This document shows, piece after piece, positions 49,296 to 62,896 of a DNA stretch of 64,000 bases. The stretch lies in contig CM052816.1 in assembly GCA_028534125.1 (NCBI GenBank), positions 14,572,001-14,636,000 of the forward strand, given 5' to 3'. The notes below the pieces were generated by a model that saw only the letters and a list, made by a program, of their open reading frames with translations, was not told the origin of the DNA and ran no database searches. The first letter of the stretch is position 1. Each line of letters opens with the position of its first letter. The translations under genes and the position numbers were made by a program. This stretch comes from Lama glama (taxonomy: Eukaryota).

Positions 49296-50259
49296 TTATT
49301 CTTTCTTAGATTCCTTCCTTCATGCATGCTTAATTCTTCCACCCATCCATTTATTCCTGTACTCATGCATGCATCTATCCAGCATGCCTATTTGAGCCTC
49401 TAATGAGGTCATGTTAAAAATGAATAATATTTATTAAGGCAGGATGTGAGACAAAGAGCTACCTTGGGTGGTGTGGGGAAGGTATCTGAAACCTTCACTT
49501 TACAGCATTCCACAGAATCAACAACCGTATGCCTTTGCTCATGTGGTTTTCTCTCTTTAGATGCTTGCCTCCCTCTTCTCCCCTCAGAAAACTCTTACTC
49601 ATCCTTCAAGGCCCATGTTCAAGGGTCACCTCACGGATGAAAATTTTCTACCCCCTCAGGCATAACTATTTTCCATCTCCTCCATGAATGCTTGTTTTAA
49701 TGAGTCAGTGATTGAATGAATAAAGGCTCCCAATGCTCTTTGTTCATTCGAGTATTATCGCCAGTATCACCTGCTATTATAATTAGTCATTAGGACTTCT
49801 TTGTGCCTGGAACAGCCCTGCCCTGGAATGGTGCCTGACACCAGTAAGCACACAGAAACACTTGGTGAATTCATAGATGGTGGCCAAGCCCAGCACTCTC
49901 CAGGTCCCTGTGCCTGGTGTCGCCCCTCTGTTGCTCCAGGCCCCTCCCGGGTGGGGCAAATGTGTTGCAGCCTCTCTCCTTTCTCTTCTGATGGGAGGTT
50001 TTCTGTGTTTGGGAAGCTCTCAGCGTAACTGGAGATAAATTGACGGTGGAGTGGAAAGGGATGGAGAAAAGCAGTTTCTATGAGCCTGAAAGAAAGGGGG
50101 CTGTCATCTCACCTGGTTAACAGCAAACAGTGAGTGCTTTCTGGGGATAAGGTAGGCCCCACTCCCCTGTCTCCCTCCAGCTCTGACAAAGGTTCCTGGA
50201 ACCCCTTCTTCTCAAAACATTTAAGTGCTGCAGGACTGACCCCATAGAAGGCAGGGTAG

Positions 50260-50470
50260 GCAAGTGGTCAAGGGCCGATCATATTGCAAATCCCAGCCCA
50301 CTTCCTACTGGCTGTGTGGCTTTTGGCAGGTTGCTCAACCTTTCTGAGCTTCACTCTCTCATCCGTTTAAGGATAATACCACACAGGAGAGGTGTGAGGA
50401 TTAAATGAAACAGCACATGTACTGTGCCCGGCACAGAGTTAATGCTCCATGAATGTTTGCTAATAATACT
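50260..50470 (+). mobile_element. MIR SINE
   Basis: aaatcccagcccacttcctactggctgtgtg...gtgaggattaaatgaa. Confidence 0.75.
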
Positions 50471-50739
50471 ATTGTTCTTTTTGCTGTTAACCATCTCATG
50501 AGAGTCAGATGGGAGTTCAGAACAGTTGTGTCATGTGGTGTTGATCCAGCCCCACCGCAGTCCAGCCCCTCACTGAGGCCGCAGAGGATTTGTGAGAACC
50601 ACAATCTGGCAGCAGAACCAGAACCTTCTGACCCTTCACATCAATGTTCTCCGCACATCATGAAATGTCGTTGTCGAGTGGGGACTCACTTGGTTCCATC
50701 GCTCGGCGCCTGGAGGCTACAGATATAGTGGAGGGTGAG

Positions 50740-50985
50740 ACGGGACTCTGGACTGAAATTCTGTGTCTGTTTAGCACTGGCCAGCCACGTGAACTTGGAT
50801 GAGTTGCTTAGCTTCTCTGAGCTTCGGTTTCCTCATGTATAAGGTGGGAATCATCGTGCTAGTTCCCACCTCAACGTGAAGCATCAGCAGATTATCAGAA
50901 GATAATCAGGAAATTCAAGGAGCACACTCAGTTCACTGTCTGGCTCGGAATAAGAGAGCAATAACTGTTCATTATCATTATTATC
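50740..50985 (+). mobile_element. MIR SINE
   Basis: gtgaacttggatgagttgcttagcttctctgagcttcggtttcctcat. Confidence 0.7.
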
Positions 50986-53900
50986 TTATTTTATGAGTAA
51001 ATCTTAGGACAGATGGCTCTTGGGGGAGGGAAGATTTAAACTGTGTCCTTGATGGTGGCTTTTATTCTTCCTGGAAGTCCAGGCTCTGGTGCTCCTGCCA
51101 CAGGCGCCCCATTTTTCTCTCAGGTCTGGGGACCGCCCCCCATCCCCCATTGTGGGATTCCTCCCCACTCCCATCCACACTGCACCTCCAACTCCACCCA
51201 GGCAAGCTGGGGCCTGCTTCTCATTTCCTGGTGACCTCACCGGGGGACACTAATCTCAGAGGACTCTTTCTGAAACACAGTTCTTATCTGATGCCAGAGG
51301 GGCCTAGGTTCCCCAGGCCGGGCTGGCTGCTGGGGTTGCTCTGTCTCCTACAGGCAGACAGAAACCTCTTCTGACCACGTGGGATAACTGCACACTGCTG
51401 GGTGGCTTCTGGGTGCTTTGCTCTACCTGTCTGCTGCCAGAGCTAGTGGCTGGTCCTCAGGGACGTGCAACTGGCCTGGGGTTTGTTTCTAAGTTGGCAT
51501 CACAGCCCTCACTCCAGTGTCATTGTCCCCCAGGTTCCAGAGCAACCTAGATGTCTGGGGGGCCCTCCCTCTGCCATACCTGGGAATTGGAGGATCACAG
51601 GAAGGGGAGGATCCCTGCTCCCCAGCCCACCAGCACATCTCCCACTAGCTTTTTTCAGGGAGCAGATCTGTCCCCCCACCACCACCTCCAGGTGCCCAGA
51701 GGCCTGAGGAGTTGTCGAAACCACTGAACCTGACATGCAGAGCTGCAGGAGATGCCAGCCGTCTCCTCCAGATGCGGGCTAAAAATACAGAGGAGCGAGG
51801 GCCTCAGTAATGGAGACTTTAAGAGCCTGTGACATGCGGCGATGGCTGCGAGGTCGCTAATGAGCTCTGAGCCGGTCGATGCCTGAGCCCTGAGTGAGCA
51901 CGTGGGCTGGGAGCAGGCACAGGGGTGTCACTCAGCATTTGTCCATCCTGGCTCAGGAATCTAGAATGTTGGTATGTGCCAGGTACTTGGGGACCAGCTC
52001 AGGCAACCCCTTGACGACCAGATGGGGAGACTGAGGCCAAGTGACAGGAGGTAAGAAGACATACTGAAGAGAGGCAGAGGCCTCAGGGCCCCCAGCCCCA
52101 TGTCCCACCCCAGAAACCAGCACAGACCCTGTACTTGGAGACCCTCACAAATGGGTGACAATTGACCAACTGAGTGAACAATTGAATCAGTGAGTGAATT
52201 AATATCTTCCTCACTGCAGTGTGAGCACCCCAATGATGGGGACCATAACTTAGTCTCTCTGTCGCTCTAGGGGTGCCTGGCACCAAGTAGGCCCTCAGAC
52301 ACTGCTTGCTGGATGAATGAACACCTGATCTGCTTCCTGATCCATCCCTTTCCTGAGTCTGGGGACAAGGACGCCTGTAAAAATTATGTCTGGGGTCTCT
52401 TTCCATTACCACTTAGACAGCCAAAATGTAGTAGTCCCACCTGCCAGAGAGAAAAACCACCACAACACGGCAGACGTTCTTAACCGTGTGGTAAACACGG
52501 GCCTAAGAACCTGGCACAAATGACCTCATTTAGTCCTCACGTCGACCTTATGAGTTAAATTCAATGTTTACACCCATTTTGTACAGGAGGAAGCTGAAGG
52601 GCTCAGAGAGGTTGTGGGAGTCACCTTAGGCCACACCTCGCCTCGAGGAAGAGGCAGGGCCAGGATTCAAACCAGACCAGCCTGCCTCCCCACCCCCTGA
52701 AACCACTGTGCCACCCTGCCTCCCCTGAAGACGAGAGGAGAATTGTGGGCCAGAGACAGCCACGCAGAATGGAGGCCAAAAAAATACCTCCAGGGCCCAT
52801 AAAGTGTTTGATAAATTCCAGGAGAAGAGGAGGAAGAAATAATGAGCATTTGTCAGAGCCTTTTATAGCATGTAAGACGCTTTCCCCTGCATTCTCTCAT
52901 CTGATCTTCACCACAGGCCTGGAAGGAAGGTATTGTCATCATCTACATTTTACTGGGATGGAAAGGAAGGCTCCCATACCTCCTGACTCAGGCTGGGCAG
53001 GCTGCATACCTTTGTGGGGTGTGGATGGGGGAGATGGTGGTGGGGTGATGGGGATTTGCTTCTCCTGGAGGCTGTCATAACCTCTTCCCAGAATGTCATT
53101 GGCTCAAAGGCTAAATCCAGGCTGAGGCCCATATGACATTTCTGAGCTCCCTCTAATCACAGGACAAAGGCTAGAAGAAGGCAGAGGCCAGACCAAATGC
53201 CACCTCCTCCAAGGATCCTGCCTGGACCTGCCCAAGCCTGCTTGGATCTGCCCAACCCTGCCAGCAGGCCCTCAGGAATCTGACTCTGAGCTGTTCAACT
53301 CCTCCATTCCTCCGGGAGGCCCTCCCGAAGCAGGGCAGAGCTTGTTATCTCTGCATCGTCACAAAAGATGTTAGCCATCAACTACTTACCCTGGGCAGTG
53401 GGAAAGTAAACACCTGTACAAGTGCAAGTTAGCTGGTGCATTTGTTTGTGGGGGATTCAGAGCCGAAAGTATGTGCGGAATGAAGCCAGAGCCCCTCACC
53501 CTCTCTGGGCACCCCCTGGCTCCCCAGCTCCTCTGTCCGCTTCCCCACCATCAGAGCACGTGGCCAAGGCTGGGCACGAAATGGGTTTGGTGACACCTTT
53601 CCTACGGTTCCGCACGAGAAATGCAAGTTCAGATAAAAGGTGATGCAGGGCTGGCAGGGGGTGGGTTCCTGTCCTGTGCCCTGTTGCTGAGCTCTTAACT
53701 GAACAGGCTGGCAGGAAGTGACTGCTTGTGATTTTTTGGAACTTCCTCAGTTCAGTGTAGGGTCAGTTGTGTGCAGCCTAAGTCTCGCCATCGTTACTTT
53801 TTTGTGCCACTTCAGATAGATGGAAAAACAGACAGTGTTTCTCAAAAACCCGACAAAAATGAGAACCCAGATTTTATGTGATTGAATTTCTTGGACCCCA

Positions 53901-53989
53901 GTTAATGCATATGTGGAGTTTTACAGTCCTGGTGATTGAAAGGGTGGAGCCAGAGCAGGAACGCGCCTGAGCAGGATTTATGAAGATGG

Positions 53990-54750
53990 CCCCTGCTGTG
54001 TGCCAGGCACCATGCTAGGCTCGGAGGACACAGCAGGGAACCAGGCACACTCCCTGTTGTCAGGAGTTTCCAGTCCAGCAGCAGACGGGCAAGCAAACTG
54101 CACAGGGTGATAGGGGCTCTTAGGGGGTCAGGAGGGGGATGCTGTTTGGCATGGAGAGCGTGACAGCCCACAGAAATCTCTAGACCCAATTAAGGAAAGA
54201 GAAGTCCTCTGGGAAGAAGAAGCACCTGGACTGAGTCTTAAAGGATGTGCCCTGGTGGTAAACACCTGAGCTGGAACCCGGGCTCTGCTACTTCTAGCTG
54301 GGGACCTTGGGCGAGTCACTGGACCACTCTGTACCTCGGTTGTCTCATGCACAAAACAGGGATAATAACCCACGAGTTGTAAGGATTAAGTGAGTTCACA
54401 CATACAAAGTACTTAGTGCCCGGCAAATGGTAGACACCCACCACAGGTCAACCACGATTATTTTTATCTCGTAGGTTGTTGTGAGGTTTAAATAAGATAG
54501 TATTTGGGACGCAGTTAGCACAAAGAAGTGCTCAACACATGTAAGCTGCTATTATTTTTGTTATTAAGGCATTTGCCAATGTTAGGGCTGGGAGGAGAGG
54601 AATCCAAGGCGGAGACAAGAGTATATGCAAAGGCCTGGAGGCCACAGACAGCCTGGCACATTTGGCAAAGTTTAGAAGTTCAATTAGACTGGCACGTACC
54701 TGGGTCCCAGGAGTGGTACAGGATGGGGCTGGAGAGGTGGAGGCCAGGAC
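53990..54750. mobile_element. Minus-strand L2 interrupted by plus-strand MIR (about 54265-54555)
   Basis: ctgtgtgccaggcaccatgctagg...ctgagtcttaaaggatg, MIR core gttgtaaggattaagtgag, L2 resumes tatgcaaaggcctggagg. Confidence 0.65.
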
Positions 54751-56229
54751 TGGATCCGAGGAGGCTTCGGGAATAATGAGCTTCCCCGCCCCTCACTGAG
54801 GCTCAGCTGAGAGTGCCTAGGCTGCTAAAGGCTTGCCTGGGGGTGGGGGCGGGGAGGGGGAGGGGGAGGGTGGGCTGTTGCGCCCCTCCCCCCACCCTGC
54901 CCACTGCCACTGTGTGGAGCTGCGGGCTGTCAATTAGGCAGCCTCAGTGCAAGAGGCTCTCTTTCCTCATGCGATACGTGTCACATCCGGGAACGATCAA
55001 AACAGCTTTGCCTTGGCAAAACGTCTTGTGCTGCATGTTTGTTCTTTGGTGTCTGAGGGTAACTCCTGCTGTTTCTGAGACACCTGTGATTTGCCGGTCC
55101 CCGACAGCTGTTACCTGCTCAAGGTCTCTGCCTGCCACACCACCTACCTGGTGGCATCCTTTCTCTGCCATCCCTGGGGCACTAAATACCAGGCCAGGCC
55201 ACCAGGGTTGAGGCTGGCACTGAGTCAGACCCATCTGGCAAGAGTGGCCAATTTTAATAATCACCTCTGCTGTTGGGGAGTACCTACTGTGTGCCAGGGG
55301 CTGTGAAGGCCTTATTAATCTGCCCAGTAGCTCCCAAGTTCAGCCTTACTATCTTTATTTAACTGAGGTACAGTAACGGTGAGAAACTGGCCCAAGGCCA
55401 CCCAGAGAATGAGTCCAAGGTAGCATCTGAATCCAGATCTGTCGGCCTGCACTCCTGCTACCACACCAGGCCACCTCTCTCCAGCTCACATGCTCCACAG
55501 CCCGCTGATTCCGAACAGAAGGGGCTTGGGGATGGCTGGGATTCAACACTGGCAGGGGATCAACAGATGAGAACTCAGCTTCTCTGATCCCACAGCCCCC
55601 CAGCCCCTGAGGATGGGCTCCCTCGGAGGTACCAGACCCCCAGCACTTGTCTCCAGAGCGTAGGCTCTGACCAGCTCCTCTTGTGTCTTTCGGATCCTGG
55701 ACCCATCCTTCGGCCTCCACCACCTACCCACCAAATCTCCCTTTGAGTTCACATATGTCAAGCATTCAATTCAAGCGAACTGTTGTTTGTATTATAATGG
55801 TGTGATCACAGCTTTATATAAGGCTTGAGGGCCCACACTGTTCCCTACTTTTCCCACTTTCTGGGACCAACGGGGGTACCAGTGCTCCATTTTGTGATAA
55901 GCATCTTGAGGGCAGAGCCCCGTCTGTCTTATTCATCCCTGTTTTCCCAAGGCCTTGAACCACAGTAGGCACTCAGAAAATATGTTGAGGAGCCAAGTTC
56001 ACCGCTGCTATCATTGAGCTGCTCTGAGCCCTTCACTTACATGACCCCATTTAGCTGTGATAGTAACCGTATAAAGGAGGCATTATTTCCCCTGCAGATG
56101 AGGAAACAGAGGCTCTGGAAGATGGAGCGATGTGTCATCAACCACAGTTAGGAGGTGGTGGAGCCAGGATTTAAAACTCACGGCTGCTTGGCCCCAAGCC
56201 CACATTTCTTACCCCCCATCCTCTACTTC

Positions 56230-56780
56230 CATTAACGTAATCAATCAGCGAGTCATCAATCAGTGAGTGGAGGAGTCTCACGTGCCCTCCGCAGTCAGCT
56301 GCACCTGGCCTGACCCCTCCCGTCAGATGCTAGGAAGTGGGGGTCCGCGGCCCCTCCTGCCCCCTCCCCTGGCCGCGGGCTCAGAGCAAAGCCTCTCCCA
56401 ACAAGGCTTATTATTTCTAATCTTAGGAGAGAAGCCTCAGTTCAAAGGCATTTCAATTCCATTCAAGTCAAGGAACACTTTGCCTCTCTGACCTCCTACC
56501 ACCCCCACCTCCTTCTCCAACTGGCGCCAATAACGCAAGATAAATCTTTCCTCAGAAATATAATAGTTGTTCTTCCTCTTCCCGTTGAAGTCTCTGCCAG
56601 GTAATTAGCATACGCTGACACCTTGATAGACGAAAAGAAAGGCATGAGATAATTCCCTTTTACTTTAACCATTATAGTATGAAGCAGCCTTTCAATTTGC
56701 TGGTTACCCGATCCAGCATTCCCGAATGCAGCCCACCGTGTGACATGTTATTCTAGCTGGTCCTACCATCTCTGGTATTC
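56230..56780. promoter_or_regulatory. Enhancer-like unique block
   Basis: Two ATCAATCA PBX-type sites (56240-56247, 56255-56262), TCF/LEF-like TTCAAAG, TAATTAG, several GATA sites. Confidence 0.45.
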
Positions 56781-58599
56781 ATCACCAACCCCAGGTCACA
56801 CTTGATAGAGCAAATTCTCCCTCTTCACACTGACACCTCTCTAGTAGAAGGGGCAGCCAGGGTTTGGATGGTCTGAAAATTGTGGGGATGATGCCGGCAT
56901 ACTTGGTTCGGCGCCCCCAGCTGGCAGCCTCAGGCCGTGCAAGGGCCATATGCCTCCAGGGGCACTTTAAGAACTCCTCCCCTCTTCCTCTTTGCTGCTC
57001 CCCAAAGAAGCCGGCCTTTGACTGGGGCTCTGGAATCCCTGCATTTGATGCAGCAGGAACCTCAGCTTGCAACTGGTGGTCTTCTATTCACATACACACA
57101 CAGAAGACGTACACACACGTACACACAACACACATTCCTGGCAGTGGGAACAAACACTTACCACTCACAAACTGGTTTGAGAACAGGTCATTCTGCAGCT
57201 GGGCCCGTCAGTTTGGAGGGGGTCTGTCCCACCCTTACACAGTTTGACTTTCCCTGGTATAGTGGAGTGTGAGGCAGGGTGGGGTGAGATGCTGGCTCCC
57301 CCATCTGGTGAGGGTGAGAAATAGCTGCCTGGGTTGACCAGTCACCCAAGACCTCTGCAAGGTTGAAGACCAGGTACCCCATACCCTGGAAGCTAAAAGC
57401 CAGATTGACTCCATCATCCACCTAAGGAAATCTAGCCCCCACCCCTATACCCCAAACCCCCTCTGCTCAAGGCAGGAGAATCATCTGCTCCAACCTTTCC
57501 TCCCGTTTGCCCATCTGCTCCCCATCTTGGATGGGGCAGGTCTCTGATGCCCTCACAGGGCCCAGGAGCTGCCAGCCACCCGCATCCGTGCAGACACATC
57601 TCCTCTTCTGTCAATCGGCTAAAAGAACGTAAGAATTTTCTTTAAAGGAATCTCATCTAGCAAACAGAGGGAAGAATGAAAGAGAAATAAAGGGGGAAAT
57701 ATAGAAGCTGGGAAACAGGTGTCCACAGAGGTGGGGCTCTGGACTTAAGGAATTCAAGCCTGGCCACAGCTCACTTGGCCCCCCGAGGACTTAACCCCAC
57801 CATCATCCTGTGGCTCAGGGTGCAGGGTGGTCTGGGGACAGCATGCAGGTTGCAAGGTGACTGGATGTCGATTCTGTAGGGTGTAGGGTGCGTAAGTGCA
57901 GAGCCCAGCTGAGCCACACAGAGTCTCCCCTTCCCTTGCTTCATATAGGACCCTGATCAGACTCCCAGCTGCCTCAGCCTCTGAACTTGTCACCCTACCT
58001 CACCCTGCCCTGCGCCCCACCCTGGATCTAATCTCCATCCGTGAAAACCAGTGATTTAAAAAAAAATTACATGTGAATCAGATGATATCATTGATCAATA
58101 AAAACCTCCACTGAATAAATATTATGATGGTCAAAAGAGAAAGGCCTGGAGAAATGAAATGAACTGCCAGCCAGACCTCCCTTTAGCGAAGGGCCGGTTA
58201 GCCCAGGAGCTGGAGAGCTGCAGGCAGACAGCTACCAGCCCCTCCAGGGACTGCCTCCACTGCAGAGAACACGGTTCAAGGCCATGCCCCTTCCTGGGGT
58301 CTCCAAATCCAAGAACTGACTGATGGAGGACATGAAGGACCAGCCAACAGCCCAGCTCGAAAGGGCCGTTCCATCTGTAGAGCTCTCTGTCAGCTCAGCC
58401 CAGGCTGTCCTTGGGCTGGGGTCCCATCTCAGCCTCTCTCTGCCCAGGCCTGCCTCCTTCCACAGGTGCTGATCCCAAGAGAACAGCTTAATAAAATCTT
58501 GCCAATGAAAGCAAAATCAAAAATAAAAACGGAAAAATTCCACTGACCTTCCATAGTATTTTCAATTAAAAAAAATTTTTTTTTAATGGAAGCCAATAG

Positions 58600-58990
58600 G
58601 CCTGGCCTGCATGCCCTGACCCCAGCCTGTCTTTCTCGCCTCATGTCACTGAGGTCTCCCCTGGCCACCTTTTCCAAAATCTCAGCCTCATGTAGCCATT
58701 AATTCTTTTTCTCTTTATCATTTATCACTATCATACTACACACTTTTTAAACTGATTGATCGTGTTTGTTTTCTGTCTCCTCACTAGAATATAAGCTCTA
58801 AGAGGGCAGGAGATTTGTCTGTTTTCTTCCAATTGTACCTCCACAGCTTAGCACAGTGGCTGGCACATAATAGGTTGTCCAGTGAAATCATAAATGAATC
58901 TCCTACCTACTGCCATCTCACACAGTGCCTGGAACATAGTAGGCACGAAATTAGCATTGTAGAACAAATGAATGAAAGACAGAATGAACT
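58600..58990 (+). mobile_element. L2 LINE 3' end with duplicated terminal segment
   Basis: ctagaatataagctctaagagggcagg...cacagtggctggcacataatagg and cacagtgcctggaacatagtaggcac...aatgaatgaa. Confidence 0.8.
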
Positions 58991-60394
58991 GAGCTGTGTC
59001 CACCAGTGGGCCTCGCCCCAAAATCCTCTTTTTGCTCTAAGGGACTCCTTCTCTTCCCCCAGGTTCCTAAGTTCTCTCTGGTAACCCCTCCAGGAGTCCA
59101 AGATCACAGGGATCTGGTGACAGGATTGCATATGTCTGTCCCCCATCACCTGTCAGCCCCTGATTGCTGACTCTCTGACCATGGGCAGTGTGGTCAGTGG
59201 TTACAAACCAGAGCTCTGGAACCAAACTGCCTGAGTTGAAGTCTTGGTCTTACCACTTACCAATTGGGTGACCTTAACATCTGTGAGTCTGCAAAACGAG
59301 AAGGATGCCCATGCCTAGCTCATGGGGTTCTGGAATGTTCCTACTGAACGCCTGTCTCCTACTAGATTCTGAATGCTCACAGGATCACAGCTAAGTCCTC
59401 AGCACTTAATAGGTGTTGGAGAAACTGGAGAGTGAAACTCGTGTTCCCCACTGTACGTGGCTCCCTGGATGTGCGTGAGTAAGCAAAATGGGCCAGGCTT
59501 CACAGCAGAGGCAGACTGCCACCTCTGGCCACACTCAGGGGCCCCTGCCCGATCACCCAAGGTTTGCCTTCTTCCCCCACCTGAGGATTGCTGCTACTCT
59601 TTCATTTGGAGGTGGAGGTGGGGAGGAGGAAGTCCAGTGGTGGTCATCAGGGTCCCTGCGGACCCCCAAGTCACCAAGCCACCGTGCAGCCTCTCTGCTC
59701 ACCAGCCTCTGCCCAAACCCCAGTCTCTGCACTTGTCCTCCCTCTCCTCGCTCCAGGATCCAGCCAAGTCCTTCCTCCAAACGGCCTCCGACAGCTCAGG
59801 CCACAGTGTTCTCTCCCCTTCCTGACCACCCACTGCACGTATCGACGGAATCGTGCTTTCTGGCGTTTGCTTCCACCCAGGCTGGCATTTGATTAGGCTC
59901 TGCCGCAGGTTCCCTTCTCCCTTGCCTGTCAGATCTCCCCAATCAACTCTAGTAATAATAATAATAATGCTCCCTCACATCTGGGAACCCACTGGGCACT
60001 ATACAAAGGGCTGCCATTGCCTTTCTCTCTCTGTCTCCACAACCACCCCAGCAAGGAGAAAGTGGGATGGAGAACCCTCCCCACTCTACACATGAGGCGA
60101 CCAAGGCTCAGAGAAGCTCACATAGCAAACTTACCCCAACTCGGTCCTCTTTCACCAGCTCAGTCACTGGCACCACAGTCCACCGAGATGCCCAAGCCAG
60201 AACTGGGCGCAACATCACCCTCCCTCGACCACTCACTGCTCTCTAGCTCTGCCACCTTGGCCCATGTGAGCTGGGCATCCCCTGCCTGGGACGATCGAAA
60301 AGGCCTCCCTCCCCGCCTCCTCTACTGTCCCTTCCACTGCATCCTTGTGTACACTGCATCCAAGTGGTCTTTCTCTGTTGCATACACATTGGTG

Positions 60395-61200
60395 TATTCA
60401 TTCATACATTCATTCACTCAGTCCATAAGTGGTTTTAAGAGCTCACTCTTTCCCATGCCACTGTTCCAGATGCTGGAGGGATGGCGGTGAACTAAACAAA
60501 GCCCCCGCACTCATGGAGCTTATATTCCAATGAAGATGGGGAAGTGGGGGATCAGTAAGAAATAATCAAGAAAATATAGAGCATCTAGAGAGTGTTAACT
60601 GTCATGGAAAGAAAAAGAGCAGAAGGAAACAAGGAAGCTCTCGGGCAGGAGAGAGGCTTGTGATTATACAAGAGAGGGAGGGAAGCAGGCTTCTGGAACA
60701 GACTTCTGGAAGGAGTGAGGGAGTGAGCCTGAATGACACCTGGGGCTGTTCCAGGCAGATGGAACAGCAAGTGCAAAATCCTCAGGTGGCAAGCTCATGT
60801 TTGAGGAAGTGCACAGAGGAGTAAGAGAGGAGGGAGATTTGGCGGGAGGCCACACATTGCAGGGTTTGTAGGCCATCTTAAAGGCTTTGGCTTTGACTCT
60901 GAGTGAGATGTGGAGCTGTCGAGGGTTTGTGCAGAGGAGTGACACAATTTGATTTACATTTTAACAGGATCTCTCTAGCAGCTCAGTGGAGAAGAGACTG
61001 TAAGGGAACAAGAGTAGAAGCGGGGAGACCAGTCAGGAGGGCACTGCAGCAAGGCGGGGAGAGATGATGATGGCTTGGACCAGGGAGGTGGCTGTGGAAG
61101 TCTTAAGAAGTGGTCAGAGGCTGGATGATTTACGAAAGTAGAGATGATATTTGTTAATAAATTGGATGTGGATTGTGAAAGAGACGAGTCAGGAATGATG
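60395..61200 (-). mobile_element. L2 LINE, long 3' region
   Basis: attcattcatacattcattca...catggagcttatattc...ttccaggcagatggaacagcaagtgcaaa...gatggcttggaccagggaggtggc. Confidence 0.85.
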
Positions 61201-61389
61201 GCAAGGACGACTGCAGGTCTGATCTTGTTCCTCCACTAGTTCCCCACTGCTCTTTGGTTGGTCCAAACCCCTTAACATGGATTATAAGGTCCTTCATGAT
61301 CTGAACCGCGCCCCTCCCCCCATCCTGATTCACCTCCCCACACTGTGGTGGAATCTTGGGAATCTTGGGCGAGAGCAAATACTACTACT

Positions 61390-61640
61390 GCCTAACAGTT
61401 GTTGACTACCTCATGCCAGGCCTGGGTTAAGCCCTTGGCAGATGTCATCTCATCCATTCTCCACAAGAACCCAGTGAAATGGGATTATTAACCCCTTATT
61501 ATAAATATACCCATTTTACAGAGAAGGAAACAGGCACAGAGAGGTTAAAGAACTTGACCAAGGTCACACAGCTAGTAAACAGCAGACCCAGAATTCAAAG
61601 CCAGGTATCCAATTCCAAAGCTGTTTCTCTACTTACCATA
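61390..61640 (-). mobile_element. MIR SINE
   Basis: cccattttacagagaaggaaacaggcacagagaggttaaagaacttgaccaaggtcacacagctagtaa. Confidence 0.9.
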
Positions 61641-62134
61641 AGAGATTGGAATTTCAGTTCCACAGCTGGCCCTGAGCTCATTCTCCTAAACTCTGTGCCT
61701 TCCATCAGGCAGTTTCATATGCCTAGAACATTCTCCTTCCCACAACTCACACACCCCTCACCCCTAATGACCACACCCTTGACTGGCTAAATTGCCTTCC
61801 TCTGGGAAGTCAGTTAGGGTGACACCCCTGCTCTGAGCAACCATGGCAGCCTCTGTCTGCCACCCTACCCTCATAAGAGCCTGTTTATGGACCTATTAGA
61901 TGAGCTGTCTATGCACAGAGGCCAGGTCTACCTGTCTCAGCATTGTATCCGCAGAACAGAGAACAGAGCCTGGCATCTGCAGTTACCTGTGAGAATGAAG
62001 AAGACAGAGCCCAAACTCAGACGTTCTACCTGTAAGAAGGATGCCCTTTGGATCCACCTTCTAATAAACATCTAAGTCTGTTCTCCTCCCCTTTGCCTTC
62101 TCACAGCCCCTACACCGCTACCTATACAGTAGAT

Positions 62135-62315
62135 AATGATAACAGATGACATTTATTGAGTGCTTGCTTTGGGCCAGGCACAGGACTAAGACTTTACATG
62201 CACCAACTCATTGTATCCTCTCCACACATCTATGAGACAAACATGCTTATTATCTCCATTTTACAAGTGAGGTAACTGTGGCTCTCAGAGGTTAAGTCAA
62301 CTCCCCAGGGTCAAA
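62135..62315 (-). mobile_element. MIR SINE
   Basis: acatttattgagtgctt...ccattttacaagtgaggtaactgtggctctcagaggttaagt. Confidence 0.85.
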
Positions 62316-62847
62316 AGTCCTTGGATGCTAAACTAACAGCTGATGAACTGGACTGATGACATTGGCAGTAACCTGTGCCTGTGTTCACCAGTCCAGGGCT
62401 CCCAGCACTCCACCAGGCACAGAGAGGACCATTGGCTCAATCAGTGAGCAGACCCTCAGCCCACTTTCAGGCCAGAGAGGAAGGTCTCCCTCCTCTCCTG
62501 CAGAGCTTCCCGCTCCTCATTCATCTCCCCCTCACACCCTTAATAAAAGCCTTGAGAGTGACCGATTGAAGGGTGTGATTTCCTCCGGAGAGCAGCATCA
62601 TTTACATGGGAACATTCAAACAGGAACAGAATTCTTCCGCGAGGGCATGGGCTTCAGAAAACAGCTGTGGATGGAGAGTCGTTGTTGGGGAGGAGGGGGT
62701 TGCCCAGGGAGAGGGAACGATCCTTTATTTATTTATTTCCGTCTCAGTGCCTTCACCTTTCATTTAAACAGCCTCCGGATGTAGGTGCAATCAAACATTC
62801 ATTAGACAAGCAAAGTACATTTAAAAAAAAAACCCAACAACGCCCAA

Positions 62848-62860
62848 ACACACACACGCG

Positions 62861-62891
<31 letters not shown>

Positions 62892-62896
62892 GCACA
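62848..62896. repeat. (CA)n(CG)6(CA)n alternating purine-pyrimidine tract
   Basis: 49 uninterrupted alternating bases with (CG)6 at 62857-62868. Confidence 0.9.
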
